Of a stretch of 57,774 nucleotides of DNA, positions 8,348 to 15,883 are shown piece after piece. How positions within the stretch are numbered: the first letter of the stretch is position 1; the number at the start of each line of letters is the position of its first letter. The notes beneath the pieces are model-generated. The model had not been told where the DNA came from. It saw only the letters and a list, made by a program, of their open reading frames with translations, and ran no database searches. Made by a program: the position numbers and the translations under genes. Source of the stretch: an uncultured delta proteobacterium (GTDB lineage: Bacteria; Myxococcota; UBA727; VGSZ01); the NCBI GenBank assembly GCA_963775425.1, contig CAVZJB010000009.1, forward strand, positions 336,616 to 394,389, written 5' to 3'.

Positions 8348-9417
8348 AGGAGCTCCTCGGTGAACGCACGCACATCGAAGGCGTGCAGGTCTTCGGGCAC
8401 GCGCTGCCCGTCGGTGAAGCAGGTGACGGCGCGGGCGAGGACGGCGGCGACGTTCACGAGCCCGCCTCGGCCGTCGGCTTCGTCGAGCTTGGTGACGACG
8501 ATGCCGCTCGTCGCCAGCGCCGCGTAGCGTTCGCGCAGCGCCCGGAGCTGCTTCACGCTCGATCCCGCGGCGGCCGCCAGGTGGATCTCGACGTCGGGCG
8601 CGCTCTTCAACACGGTGAGCTGCTGCGCGAACGTCTCGGTCTCGAGCGGCGAGCGGCCCGCCGTGTCGATGAGGACGAGGTCGGCGCGCGCGGTGCGCGC
8701 GAGCACCTCGGCGAGGGCCTTGGCGTCACGCGCGACGTACGTCGCGAGGTTCATGATCTCGCCGTAGCGCCGCAGTTGGTCGACGGCGCCGATGCGCCAG
8801 GTGTCGATCGTGACGAGCGCGACCGACAGCTTGGTGTCGAGGAGCGCGCGCGCGGCCATCTTGGCGATGGTGGTGGTCTTGCCGACGCCGGTGGGGCCGA
8901 CCAGCGCGACCACCCGCCGGCGCGGCGCGGGCGGCGCCGTCCACGGCGCGTCGCCCGCGCAGAGCACCTCGTCGAGCGTCGCGCCGACGCCGTCGGCGAG
9001 CGCCCGCCGCCGCGGGAGGCGCGCGGCGCGCTCGACGAGCCTGCGCGCGATGACCTCGGCGACGCCGGCGTCGACGAGGCGCGCCACCACCGCTTCGGGC
9101 GCGCACGCGGCCCCGGACGGCGGCGCCAACGGGCCGGCGTCGTTGAAGATGCCGCGCGGCTCGCTGCTGTGCGCCGCGGCCGGCGTCGGCGCGTGGAGGG
9201 CCGGGCGAGCGCCGGGCGCGCGGGCGAGGATCTCGATCTCCATCGGCCCGCGGGCGCTGCGCACCTCGCGCGTCGACAGGAGGATGGCGTCGCCGCCGAG
9301 CGCGCGCCTGACGGCGTCGAGGGCCGCGCGGGGCGTGGCGCCGCGGAAGGCGTGTGCGTCGACGGCAGCGTCGGCGGCGGCGCCGGGGCGGGAAGACGGA
9401 GGGGCGAGGTCGAGCAT
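8344..9417 (-). CDS. flhF: flagellar biosynthesis SRP-type GTPase FlhF
   Basis: GVGKTTTIAKMAA (G1), DTAGR (G3), TKLDE (G4), SRP-GTPase-like. Start moved from the ORF-track TTG (9432) to the in-frame ATG at 9417 (MLDLAPP), which has AAGGAG 7 nt upstream. The flhA stop then lies 12 nt before it. Confidence 0.88.
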   Translation of the reverse strand: MLDLAPPSSRPGAAADAAVDAHAFRGATPRAALDAVRRALGGDAILLSTREVRSARGPMEIEILARAPGARPALHAPTPAAAHSSEPRGIFNDAGPLAPPSGAACAPEAVVARLVDAGVAEVIARRLVERAARLPRRRALADGVGATLDEVLCAGDAPWTAPPAPRRRVVALVGPTGVGKTTTIAKMAARALLDTKLSVALVTIDTWRIGAVDQLRRYGEIMNLATYVARDAKALAEVLARTARADLVLIDTAGRSPLETETFAQQLTVLKSAPDVEIHLAAAAGSSVKQLRALRERYAALATSGIVVTKLDEADGRGGLVNVAAVLARAVTCFTDGQRVPEDLHAFDVRAFTEELL

Positions 9418-9428
9418 CCGGGCTCCTT

Positions 9429-11504
9429 TCAAGCGGCCAGCGCCTGCGGCTGCACCTGCAACACGCCGGCCGGCTCGATGGTCGTCGAGGGAAGAAGCTC
9501 ACGCGCGCACACCACCTGCAGGTCGGGGATGAAGCGCGAAGCGAAGTCGAAGAGCGCGCGGCGCAGATTGGGGGGCGCGAGCACCACCACGGGGCCGCCG
9601 GCGGCGAGCATCTTGGTGGCGTGCGCTTCGAGCCGGTCGATGAGCCTGCGCGCGTTGTCCACGTCGAGCGCGAGCACCGGTTCGCCGTCCGACGCGCCCA
9701 CGGCCTGGCGGAGCATGTGCTCGGTGGCGCGGTCGATGGTGATGGCGCGGGCGACGCCGTTTTCGCCGGCGACGTGCGCGGTGATCTGGCGCGCCAGCCG
9801 GCGGCGCGCGTGCTCGACGAGATACACCGGGTCCTTGCTCTTGGGCGCGCTCTCGGCCACGGCCTCGAGCACCGTGCGCAGGTCGCGCACCGAGACGCCC
9901 TCGCGCAGCAAGCCGCGCACGACGGCGACGATGTCGCCGAGCGAAGCGATGGCGGGCACCACGTCCTCCACCAGCTTCGGCGCGTCCTTGGCCACCACGG
10001 CGATGAGCTCCTGCACCTCCTGGCGGCCCACGAGCTCGGCGGCGTTCCTGCGCAACAGCTCGCCGAGGTGCGTGGTCACCGTCGACGGCCCGTCGACGAT
10101 GGTGAGGCCGAGGATCTCCGCATCGGTGCGGCGGTCGGTCGGGATCCACTTCGCCGGCAGCCCGAAGGCCGGCTCGCGCGTGGCGATCCCCTCGATGGCC
10201 GGCTCGGCTCCGCTCGGGTCGAGGACCATCAAGCGATCGGCGTAGGCGGTGCCGCGGCCGATCTCGTGCCCACGCAGCAGCACGCGGTAGGTGTTGCCGT
10301 CGAGCCCGAGCTCGTCGCGCAGGTGCACGGCGGGCAGCAGGATGCCGAGGTCGCCCGCGATGCGTTTGCGCAGCGCCGCCACGCGTCCGGGCAGCTCGCC
10401 GCCGCGGGCGGTGTCGATGAGGGGGACGAGGTCGCCGCCGAGCTCGAGCTCGAGGGCGTCGAGGCTCAGGAGATCGTACGGGCGCTCCTCCTTCGGTTTG
10501 CCGCCCGCCGCGCCCGCGTCGCCCGCCGCGCCGGAGGCGGAGGCGGCGTCGGGCGCGCGGCGCACGAGGCGCGCGACGAGGAGGAGGCCGGACCCGATGG
10601 CGAGCATGACGAGCGTCGGCATGCCGGGGATGAGCGCGAGCACGCCGAGCATCCCGGCCGCGCCGAGGAGGACGGCGGGGTCGCGCGTCATCTGCCCCTT
10701 GAACGCGTCGCCGAGGTCCCCGCTCGTGCCCGCGCGCGTGACGACGAGCCCCGCGGCGGTGGAGACCAGCAGCGCCGGCATCTGCGAGACGAGCCCGTCG
10801 CCGATGGTGAGGATGGTGTACGTCTCCGCCGCCTTCTGGAGGCTGAGGCCGTCGCGCGCGAGGCCCGCGATGAGCCCGCCGGCGATGTTGATGAGGATCA
10901 CCGCCAGGCCGGCGACGGCGTCGCCGCGCACGAACTTGGATGCGCCGTCCATGGCGCCGAAGAACTCCGTCTCCTGTTCGAGCCTGCGCCGGCGGGTGCG
11001 CGCCGTGTTTTCATCGATGAGGCCGGCGGCGAGGTCGGCGTCGATGGACATCTGCTTGCCGGGCAACGCGTCGAGAGTGAAGCGCGCGGCCACTTCGGAG
11101 ATGCGTCCGGAGCCCTTGGTGATGACGGCGAAGTTGACGACCAGGAGGATGACGAACACCACGGAGCCGATGAGGACGCTGCCGCCGACGGCGAAGCGGC
11201 CGAAGGCCTCGACGATGTGGCCGGCGGCGCCGTGGCCCTCGCTGCCGTGAAGGAGGATGAGCCGCGTGGTGGAGATGTTGAGCGCGAGCCGCAAGAGCGT
11301 GATGAGCAGCAGCAGCGAAGGAAACACGCTCAGGTCGAGCGGGTCGCGCAAGCGGAGCGCCACCAGGAGCACCAACACCGACGCCGCGATCGTCGACGCG
11401 AGCAGCGCGTCCACCGCCAAAGCCGGCAGCGGGATGACGAGCGTCGCCAGGATTCCGACGACGGCGACGGCGAGGACGTTCGCGCTGCTGTTCGACGAGG
11501 ACAT
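9429..11504 (-). CDS. flhA: flagellar type III export gate protein FlhA
   Basis: 691 aa from internal ATG (MSSSNSSANVLAVAVVGILATLVIPLP). Transmembrane N-half plus cytoplasmic C-half with FlhA hallmarks (VITKGSGRISEVAARFTLDALPGKQMSIDADL, GAMDGASKFVRGDA). GGAAG lies 6 nt upstream. Confidence 0.95.
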   Translation of the reverse strand: MSSSNSSANVLAVAVVGILATLVIPLPALAVDALLASTIAASVLVLLVALRLRDPLDLSVFPSLLLLITLLRLALNISTTRLILLHGSEGHGAAGHIVEAFGRFAVGGSVLIGSVVFVILLVVNFAVITKGSGRISEVAARFTLDALPGKQMSIDADLAAGLIDENTARTRRRRLEQETEFFGAMDGASKFVRGDAVAGLAVILINIAGGLIAGLARDGLSLQKAAETYTILTIGDGLVSQMPALLVSTAAGLVVTRAGTSGDLGDAFKGQMTRDPAVLLGAAGMLGVLALIPGMPTLVMLAIGSGLLLVARLVRRAPDAASASGAAGDAGAAGGKPKEERPYDLLSLDALELELGGDLVPLIDTARGGELPGRVAALRKRIAGDLGILLPAVHLRDELGLDGNTYRVLLRGHEIGRGTAYADRLMVLDPSGAEPAIEGIATREPAFGLPAKWIPTDRRTDAEILGLTIVDGPSTVTTHLGELLRRNAAELVGRQEVQELIAVVAKDAPKLVEDVVPAIASLGDIVAVVRGLLREGVSVRDLRTVLEAVAESAPKSKDPVYLVEHARRRLARQITAHVAGENGVARAITIDRATEHMLRQAVGASDGEPVLALDVDNARRLIDRLEAHATKMLAAGGPVVVLAPPNLRRALFDFASRFIPDLQVVCARELLPSTTIEPAGVLQVQPQALAA

Positions 11505-11514
11505 CGGGGCTTCC

Positions 11515-11540
11515 GTGTTCACGACTCGTGCCACGAGCGC
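11515..11540 (-). promoter_or_regulatory. conserved 15-nt element TGGCACGaGTCGTGA upstream of flhA (copy 1 of 2)
   Basis: Minus-strand reading ...GCTCGTGGCACGAGTCGTGAACACGGAAGCCCCG-ATG. Contains a TGGCAC (-24-like) hexamer and the inverted repeat CACGA-g-TCGTG. The same element recurs at ~12497-12520 upstream of the second fliA-family gene. Coordinates approximate. Confidence 0.4.
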
Positions 11541-11661
11541 GGCGCTCGAGGAGCGCATGACAGCGCGACGTCGTCATCGCGCCGACGCTTTCGTGCGCGC
11601 AAACATTTGACGCCGCGCCATGCTGTTGACGACGACGAATGCCGCGGTGACGACGACGAAT

Positions 11662-11706
11662 TGAAAAAAGACGAAGCCGGCACTCCGTGAGGAGTGCCGG
11701 CTTCGA
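11662..11706 (-). terminator. intrinsic terminator downstream of the second fliA-family gene
   Basis: Perfect 14-bp stem GAAGCCGGCACTCC / GGAGTGCCGGCTTC with a GTGA loop. Read on the minus strand it is followed by TCTTTTTTCAATTCG. Lies about 45 bp after the stop at 11748. Coordinates approximate to a few nt. Confidence 0.7.
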
Positions 11707-11747
11707 GGGACGACGTCGCGGGGGGGAAACGACGCGCCCCTGGGGGA

Positions 11748-12461
11748 TCAAGCGAGGTCGATGTCGTCGACGAGCTCGGCGCGGAGCTTGATGATGGCCT
11801 GGCCGTGGAGCTGGCAAGCGCGCGACTCGGTGATCTGGAAGATCATGCCGATCTGCTTCAGCGTGAGCTCCTCGACGTAGTAGAGCGAGAGCAACTGGCG
11901 CGTGCGGAGCGGGAGGCGCGCGATGGCGGCGGTGAGGCGCTGCTTACGCTCACGCAACTCGAGCGCCTGGTTCGGCGTGGGCGTCTCGCCGTCGAAGGAA
12001 TCGAAGCCGTCCTCGCGGAGGTCTTCCACGCTGACGACGCCGGCGACGCCGCCGACGGAGCGCGCGGAGACACCGAGGTACCCGGCGAGCTCCGACGAAT
12101 CGGGCGCGTGGCCGAGCGTGTGCTTGAGCTTGCGGTCGGCCTCGTCGAGGCGACGGTTGCGCGCCCGCACCGACCGCGGGAGCCAGTCCATCGCGCGGAG
12201 GTGGTCGAGGATGGCGCCCCGGATGCGAATCTCCGCGTACGCCGGGAAGGTCTCGGCGCGCCCCGCGTCGAAGCGCTGCGCGGCGTCCATCAAGCCGATG
12301 GTGCCGGCGCCGACGAGGTCGTCGAGGTCCACCACGCTGGGCAGCCGGCGCGCGATCTTCTTCGCGACGCGACGGACGAGGGGAAGGTGCTCGTCGACGG
12401 AGAGGGTCTCGGTGGTGGTGGCGGCGGCGGCGGCATGAGCTGTGTTCATCATCGGGTTCAC
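11748..12461 (-). CDS. second FliA/WhiG-family (sigma-28-like) sigma factor
   Basis: 237 aa (GTG start with GGGAAG upstream). Region 2 GTIGLMDAAQRFDAGRAETFPAYAEIRIRGAILDHLRAMDWLPRSVR and region 4 YVEELTLKQIGMIFQITESRACQLHGQAIIKLR parallel the first fliA but are clearly divergent. Separated from flhA by a terminator. Confidence 0.85.
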   Translation of the reverse strand: MNPMMNTAHAAAAATTTETLSVDEHLPLVRRVAKKIARRLPSVVDLDDLVGAGTIGLMDAAQRFDAGRAETFPAYAEIRIRGAILDHLRAMDWLPRSVRARNRRLDEADRKLKHTLGHAPDSSELAGYLGVSARSVGGVAGVVSVEDLREDGFDSFDGETPTPNQALELRERKQRLTAAIARLPLRTRQLLSLYYVEELTLKQIGMIFQITESRACQLHGQAIIKLRAELVDDIDLA

Positions 12462-12494
12462 CTTGCGCTTCCCTGCGCAGGCATCCCTTACTCA

Positions 12495-12522
12495 CGACGC
12501 GTGCCAGCGATTTCGCTGCGTC
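12495..12522 (-). promoter_or_regulatory. conserved 15-nt element TGGCACGcGTCGTGA upstream of the second fliA-family sigma gene (copy 2 of 2)
   Basis: Minus-strand reading TGGCACGCGTCGTGAGTAAGGGATGCCTGCGCAGGGAAGCGCAAG-GTG. Identical to copy 1 except the central base. The -12 position reads GA rather than GC, so a canonical sigma-54 promoter is doubtful. The palindromic CACG-N-(G)TCGTG favours a dimeric regulator site. Confidence 0.4.
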
Positions 12523-12697
12523 CGGACGCGAAGCAGCCACGCGGGGGGAGTCGCGCGGACCTCAGCCGGGCCGGTTTGGCGAGGGTGCGCTCGACCCACC
12601 GGGGGTCGGTCGTACTCGGGTAGACCTGCTCATCGATCGTGGCGGGGCACGCGGGGGCCGAGCCCCGCCGCACGAAGCGCGCGGACGAGCCAACGCT

Positions 12698-14143
12698 CTA
12701 CAGAGATTCGCCCTCGCCGGACGTGGAGGTCTCCCCGCCGAGGCCGGACTCGCGGAGCAGGCGCTTGAAGTTCGAGCAATCCATGCCGGCGTCGCGCGCG
12801 GCCTGCGAGATGTTTCCGCCGGAGGCTTTGAGCTTGGCGTTCAGATACGTGCGCTCGAACGCGGAGAGCGTCGCCTTCTTGGCCTGCGCGTAGGGGAGGT
12901 GCGCGACGCCGGCGGCCTCGACGTCGGCGAGCGGGACCGCGCCGCCGATGCCTGGCGGGAGCTGGGCCGCGTCAATCTCCTGGCCGGGGCACAACACGAT
13001 GGCGCGCGCCACGGCGTTTTCGAGCTCGCGCACGTTACCGGGCCAGTCGTGGGTGGTGAGGGCGTGGACCGTGGCGTCGGAGAAGCCGTTGACGCTCTTC
13101 TTCATCCGCTCGCGGTGCTTCAGCAGGAAGTGGTGCGCGAGCAGCATGATGTCCTCGGGCCGCGACGCGAGCCGCGGCAGGTCGATGGCGAGGACGTTGA
13201 GCCTGTAATAGAGGTCTTCGCGAAACGTCTTCTTCTGGATGGCGGCTTCGAGGTCGACGTTGGTGGCGGCGATGACGCGAACGTCCACGATCACCACGTC
13301 GTTGCTGCCCACGGGCTTGATCTCGCCCTCCTGCAGCGCGCGCAGCAGCCGCACCTGCGTGGCGGCCGAGATGTCACCGATCTCGTCGAGGAAGAGCGTG
13401 CCGCCGTCGCTCGCCTCGAACAGCCCCTTGCGGTTGGACACCGCGCCGGTGAAGGCGCCCTTCACGTGGCCGAACAGCTCGCCCTCGAGCATGCTCTCGG
13501 AGAGCGCCGAGCAATTCACCGCGTGAAACGGCTTCTTTGCCCGGTCGGAGCGGCGGTGGATGGCGCGCGCCACCAGCTCCTTGCCCGTGCCGCTCTCCCC
13601 CCGCACGAGCACCGTGGCCGGCGTCGGGCTGACGGCTTCGATGAGCTGGAAGACCTCGCGCATCTTGGCGCTTTGCCCGATGAGCTCCTCGAAGCCCTCC
13701 TTGGCCTCGAGCATGCGCTCGAGGTTGTTGTTGCGCGCGATGAGGCGGTGATGCTCGAACGCGCGCCGCACCGTGAGGACAATCTTCTCGAGCGAGTCGA
13801 AGGGCTTGGTGAGGTAGTCGAACGCGCCAGCCTTCACCGCCTCCACCGCGGTCTCCACAGACGAGCTGGCGGTCATCATCACCACGGCCAGGTGGGGGCG
13901 ACGATTCTTGATGTCTTTGAGGATTTCGAGCCCGTTGATCTTCGGGAGCATGACATCGAGGACGGCGACGTCGACCGCGCCGTCTTCGCTCAGAGTGCGG
14001 TGCGCCTCCGCGGCGTCGGCAAATCTCACCACCTCGCACCCGCCGCGCTCGAGAACGCGGCTCACCGCCATGAGGACACCGGGATCGTCGTCGACGACGA
14101 CCACCCTCGGCCGGTCCTGATTCCCGTCATTGCTCGCCGCCAT
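12698..14143 (-). CDS. sigma-54-dependent response regulator (NtrC/FlrC-type: REC + AAA+ sigma-54 activator + HTH)
   Basis: Internal ATG (MAASNDGNQDRPRVVVVDDD). Receiver domain, then GESGTGKELVARAIH (Walker A), GAFTGA, GTLFLDEIGD, NVRELEN, and C-terminal HTH (NISQAARDAGMDCSNFKRLL). The upstream 156 codons of the ORF-track reading look like wrong-frame text. Confidence 0.9.
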   Translation of the reverse strand: MAASNDGNQDRPRVVVVDDDPGVLMAVSRVLERGGCEVVRFADAAEAHRTLSEDGAVDVAVLDVMLPKINGLEILKDIKNRRPHLAVVMMTASSSVETAVEAVKAGAFDYLTKPFDSLEKIVLTVRRAFEHHRLIARNNNLERMLEAKEGFEELIGQSAKMREVFQLIEAVSPTPATVLVRGESGTGKELVARAIHRRSDRAKKPFHAVNCSALSESMLEGELFGHVKGAFTGAVSNRKGLFEASDGGTLFLDEIGDISAATQVRLLRALQEGEIKPVGSNDVVIVDVRVIAATNVDLEAAIQKKTFREDLYYRLNVLAIDLPRLASRPEDIMLLAHHFLLKHRERMKKSVNGFSDATVHALTTHDWPGNVRELENAVARAIVLCPGQEIDAAQLPPGIGGAVPLADVEAAGVAHLPYAQAKKATLSAFERTYLNAKLKASGGNISQAARDAGMDCSNFKRLLRESGLGGETSTSGEGESL

Positions 14144-14302
14144 GGCCGGCGACTCTAGACCACAACGAGCTGCCTTCGCGAGCGCGAGGGGGTTCGTCCG
14201 CACCCGCCCGTGTCGTTTGCACCCCGCGCATCGACGACGCGATTGGGGCGGCCGCGACCCTGCGCAGACCTGCGACCTCGCGATCGGATGCGCCGGCGCG
14301 CG

Positions 14303-14318
14303 TGGCATGATCGCTGCG
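14303..14318 (+). promoter_or_regulatory. candidate sigma-54 (-24/-12) promoter, TGGCAT-N5-CTGCG, upstream of the metalloprotease operon
   Basis: TGGCATGATCGCTGCG has correct GG-N10-GC spacing and matches about 10 of 12 consensus positions (TGGCACG-N4-TTGCW). It is divergent from the NtrC-type activator gene, a common enhancer-binding-protein/target layout. Caveat: only about 13 nt separate it from the annotated ATG at 14331. Coordinates approximate. Confidence 0.35.
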
Positions 14319-14330
14319 TAGTGGCCCGGC

Positions 14331-15062
14331 ATGGCCACGACGATCCTCACCATCTTGAGCATCGCGATGGCGTCTTCGACGGCGACGTCGGTGGCGACGA
14401 GCGATGCTCCGAAACCCAAACGTTGGACGGCGTCGTCGTTCACCCTCGAGCTCGAAAACACCGAGCCGTTCATCAAGACCAAGGACGTTGAGACCGCGCT
14501 TCGGTCCGCCGCCACGACGTGGAACATGGTCGGCGCCGGCACCGAAATCCAGGTCGAGCGCGCGCACGGAGAAGACGAGGACGGCGACAGCATCGCTCTC
14601 GACGGCGTCAATCGTGTGACGATCTATCGCGGGAGCTGGCCCTATCCGCCGCAGGCCGGCGCGGTCACCGTGGCGTGGGCGCGGAAGACGGCGGGGGCCG
14701 AGGACGAAGTGGTCGAGGCTGATCTCGCGCTCAACCCCGCCTTCGATTGGAGCCTCGATCACGGCGACAGCTCGGGGCTGTACGACCTGAAGAACGTGCT
14801 CACGCACGAGCTCGGACACGCGCTCGGGCTCCCGGATATCAAGGATCCGCGCGACGCGACGATGTTCTACTTGATCCTGCCTGGGGAGACGCTCAAGCGG
14901 GATCTGACGGGAACGGACACGAGCATGCTCCTCAAGCTCTACGACGACATCGATGACGGCGCCGAACCCGGCTGCAACGCCGCCGGCGGCGAGACCACCA
15001 CCGTCGGGGCAGCACTTCTGCTCAGCCTGCTCGCGGTTCGCCGCCGCCGGAGCTCAAAATGA
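14331..15062 (+). CDS. secreted zinc metalloprotease (HExxHxxGxxD, matrixin-like) with a MYXO-CTERM-type C-terminal sorting tail
   Basis: 243 aa. HELGHALGLPD zinc motif. C-terminus PGCNAAGGETTTVGAALLLSLLAVRRRRSSK is Cys + Gly-rich + hydrophobic helix + Arg cluster, matching the MYXO-CTERM architecture. Weak N-terminal signal-like segment. High GC3 throughout. Confidence 0.75.
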   Translation: MATTILTILSIAMASSTATSVATSDAPKPKRWTASSFTLELENTEPFIKTKDVETALRSAATTWNMVGAGTEIQVERAHGEDEDGDSIALDGVNRVTIYRGSWPYPPQAGAVTVAWARKTAGAEDEVVEADLALNPAFDWSLDHGDSSGLYDLKNVLTHELGHALGLPDIKDPRDATMFYLILPGETLKRDLTGTDTSMLLKLYDDIDDGAEPGCNAAGGETTTVGAALLLSLLAVRRRRSSK

Positions 15063-15394
15063 ACGACAAGTACCTGTTCCTCATCCGCGACGACGCGTTC
15101 GGCAAGACCAGCGCGCGTACGCTCGGCACGCAGTTGATGGCCCTCGGCCACACCGTGTTCCTTTCGGACACCGACGAGGACCTCGAAGTCTTCGGAGAGG
15201 TCGTCGACGCCTTCGTCGAGATCAGGCCGGACGGAGACGCGCCGCAAGCGGTCCTCTACGCGTGGGCAGACCACGCGCGGCCGTCGCGGCAGGCCTTGCT
15301 CGAGAAGGCGACGGTACTGCTGCCCGCGGACGACGCCGCGCTCAGCGTGTTTTCGAAGAACCTCGTCGCTGCTGGTGAAGGGAGAACGCAATGA
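15059..15394 (+). CDS. hypothetical protein (possible degenerate receiver-like fold)
   Basis: 111 aa. ATGA overlaps with both neighbours. High GC3. KYLFLIRDDAFGK resembles a receiver N-terminus, but no clear phospho-acceptor context. Confidence 0.55.
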   Translation: MNDKYLFLIRDDAFGKTSARTLGTQLMALGHTVFLSDTDEDLEVFGEVVDAFVEIRPDGDAPQAVLYAWADHARPSRQALLEKATVLLPADDAALSVFSKNLVAAGEGRTQ

Positions 15395-15879
15395 CCTCGA
15401 CCGTCAAGATCCTGTTCGTCGACGATGAACAGCTCATCCTCAACGCTCTCAAACGGACGCTTCGCCGCGAAGGCTTCGAGCTCTTTTTCACGGCGGACCC
15501 GCTCGAGGTCCAGAAGCTCGTCGGCGAGCACCGCATCGACATCGTGGTCAGCGACCACATGATGCCGCAGATGACCGGCGTCGAGGTCCTCGCGCTCGTG
15601 CGCCGCCTCCACCCCAACACCACCCGCATCATGATGACGGGGCAGGCGGACCGTCAGGCCACCATCCGCGCCATCAACGAGGGGAACATCCACCGCTTCA
15701 TCGAGAAGCCGTGGGACGACAACGAGCTCAAGAACGTCCTCCACGAGGCCGCGCGCTCCATCCTCGTCCGCCGCGCCGCCAGCGCCGGACCCGACGTCGC
15801 GATCGCGAGCAAGAGCTTCCACCGCACCATCCTCCGCGATGCGCGTGGCGCAATCGTCCTCGACGCAGCGGCGAAGTGA
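15391..15879 (+). CDS. single-domain response regulator (CheY-like receiver)
   Basis: 162 aa: KILFVDDEQLILNALKRTLRREGFEL ... DIVVSDHMMPQMTGVEVL ... IMMTGQAD ... KPWDDNEL, a complete REC domain. Start overlaps the upstream stop (ATGA). Confidence 0.9.
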   Translation: MTSTVKILFVDDEQLILNALKRTLRREGFELFFTADPLEVQKLVGEHRIDIVVSDHMMPQMTGVEVLALVRRLHPNTTRIMMTGQADRQATIRAINEGNIHRFIEKPWDDNELKNVLHEAARSILVRRAASAGPDVAIASKSFHRTILRDARGAIVLDAAAK

Positions 15880-15883
15880 CGTC

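Noticed and set aside
11515-11540. Reading TGGCACGAGTCGTGAA as a canonical sigma-54 promoter for flhA
   Set aside because: The -12 element is GA and not GC. The predicted start site would fall within about 10 nt of the ATG and upstream of the Shine-Dalgarno-like GGAAG. Kept only as a conserved element/operator candidate.
9354-11690. 778-aa plus-strand ORF and the 9499-10149 and 8726-9502 minus ORFs
   Set aside because: Overlap flhA/flhF in wrong frames. Arg/Glu/Asp homopolymeric runs. No motifs.
15839-15883. ORF-track ATG start for the GAF histidine kinase
   Set aside because: Would overlap the receiver gene by 41 nt. An in-frame GTG immediately after the receiver stop is the more economical start. 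ATG 15935 remains possible.
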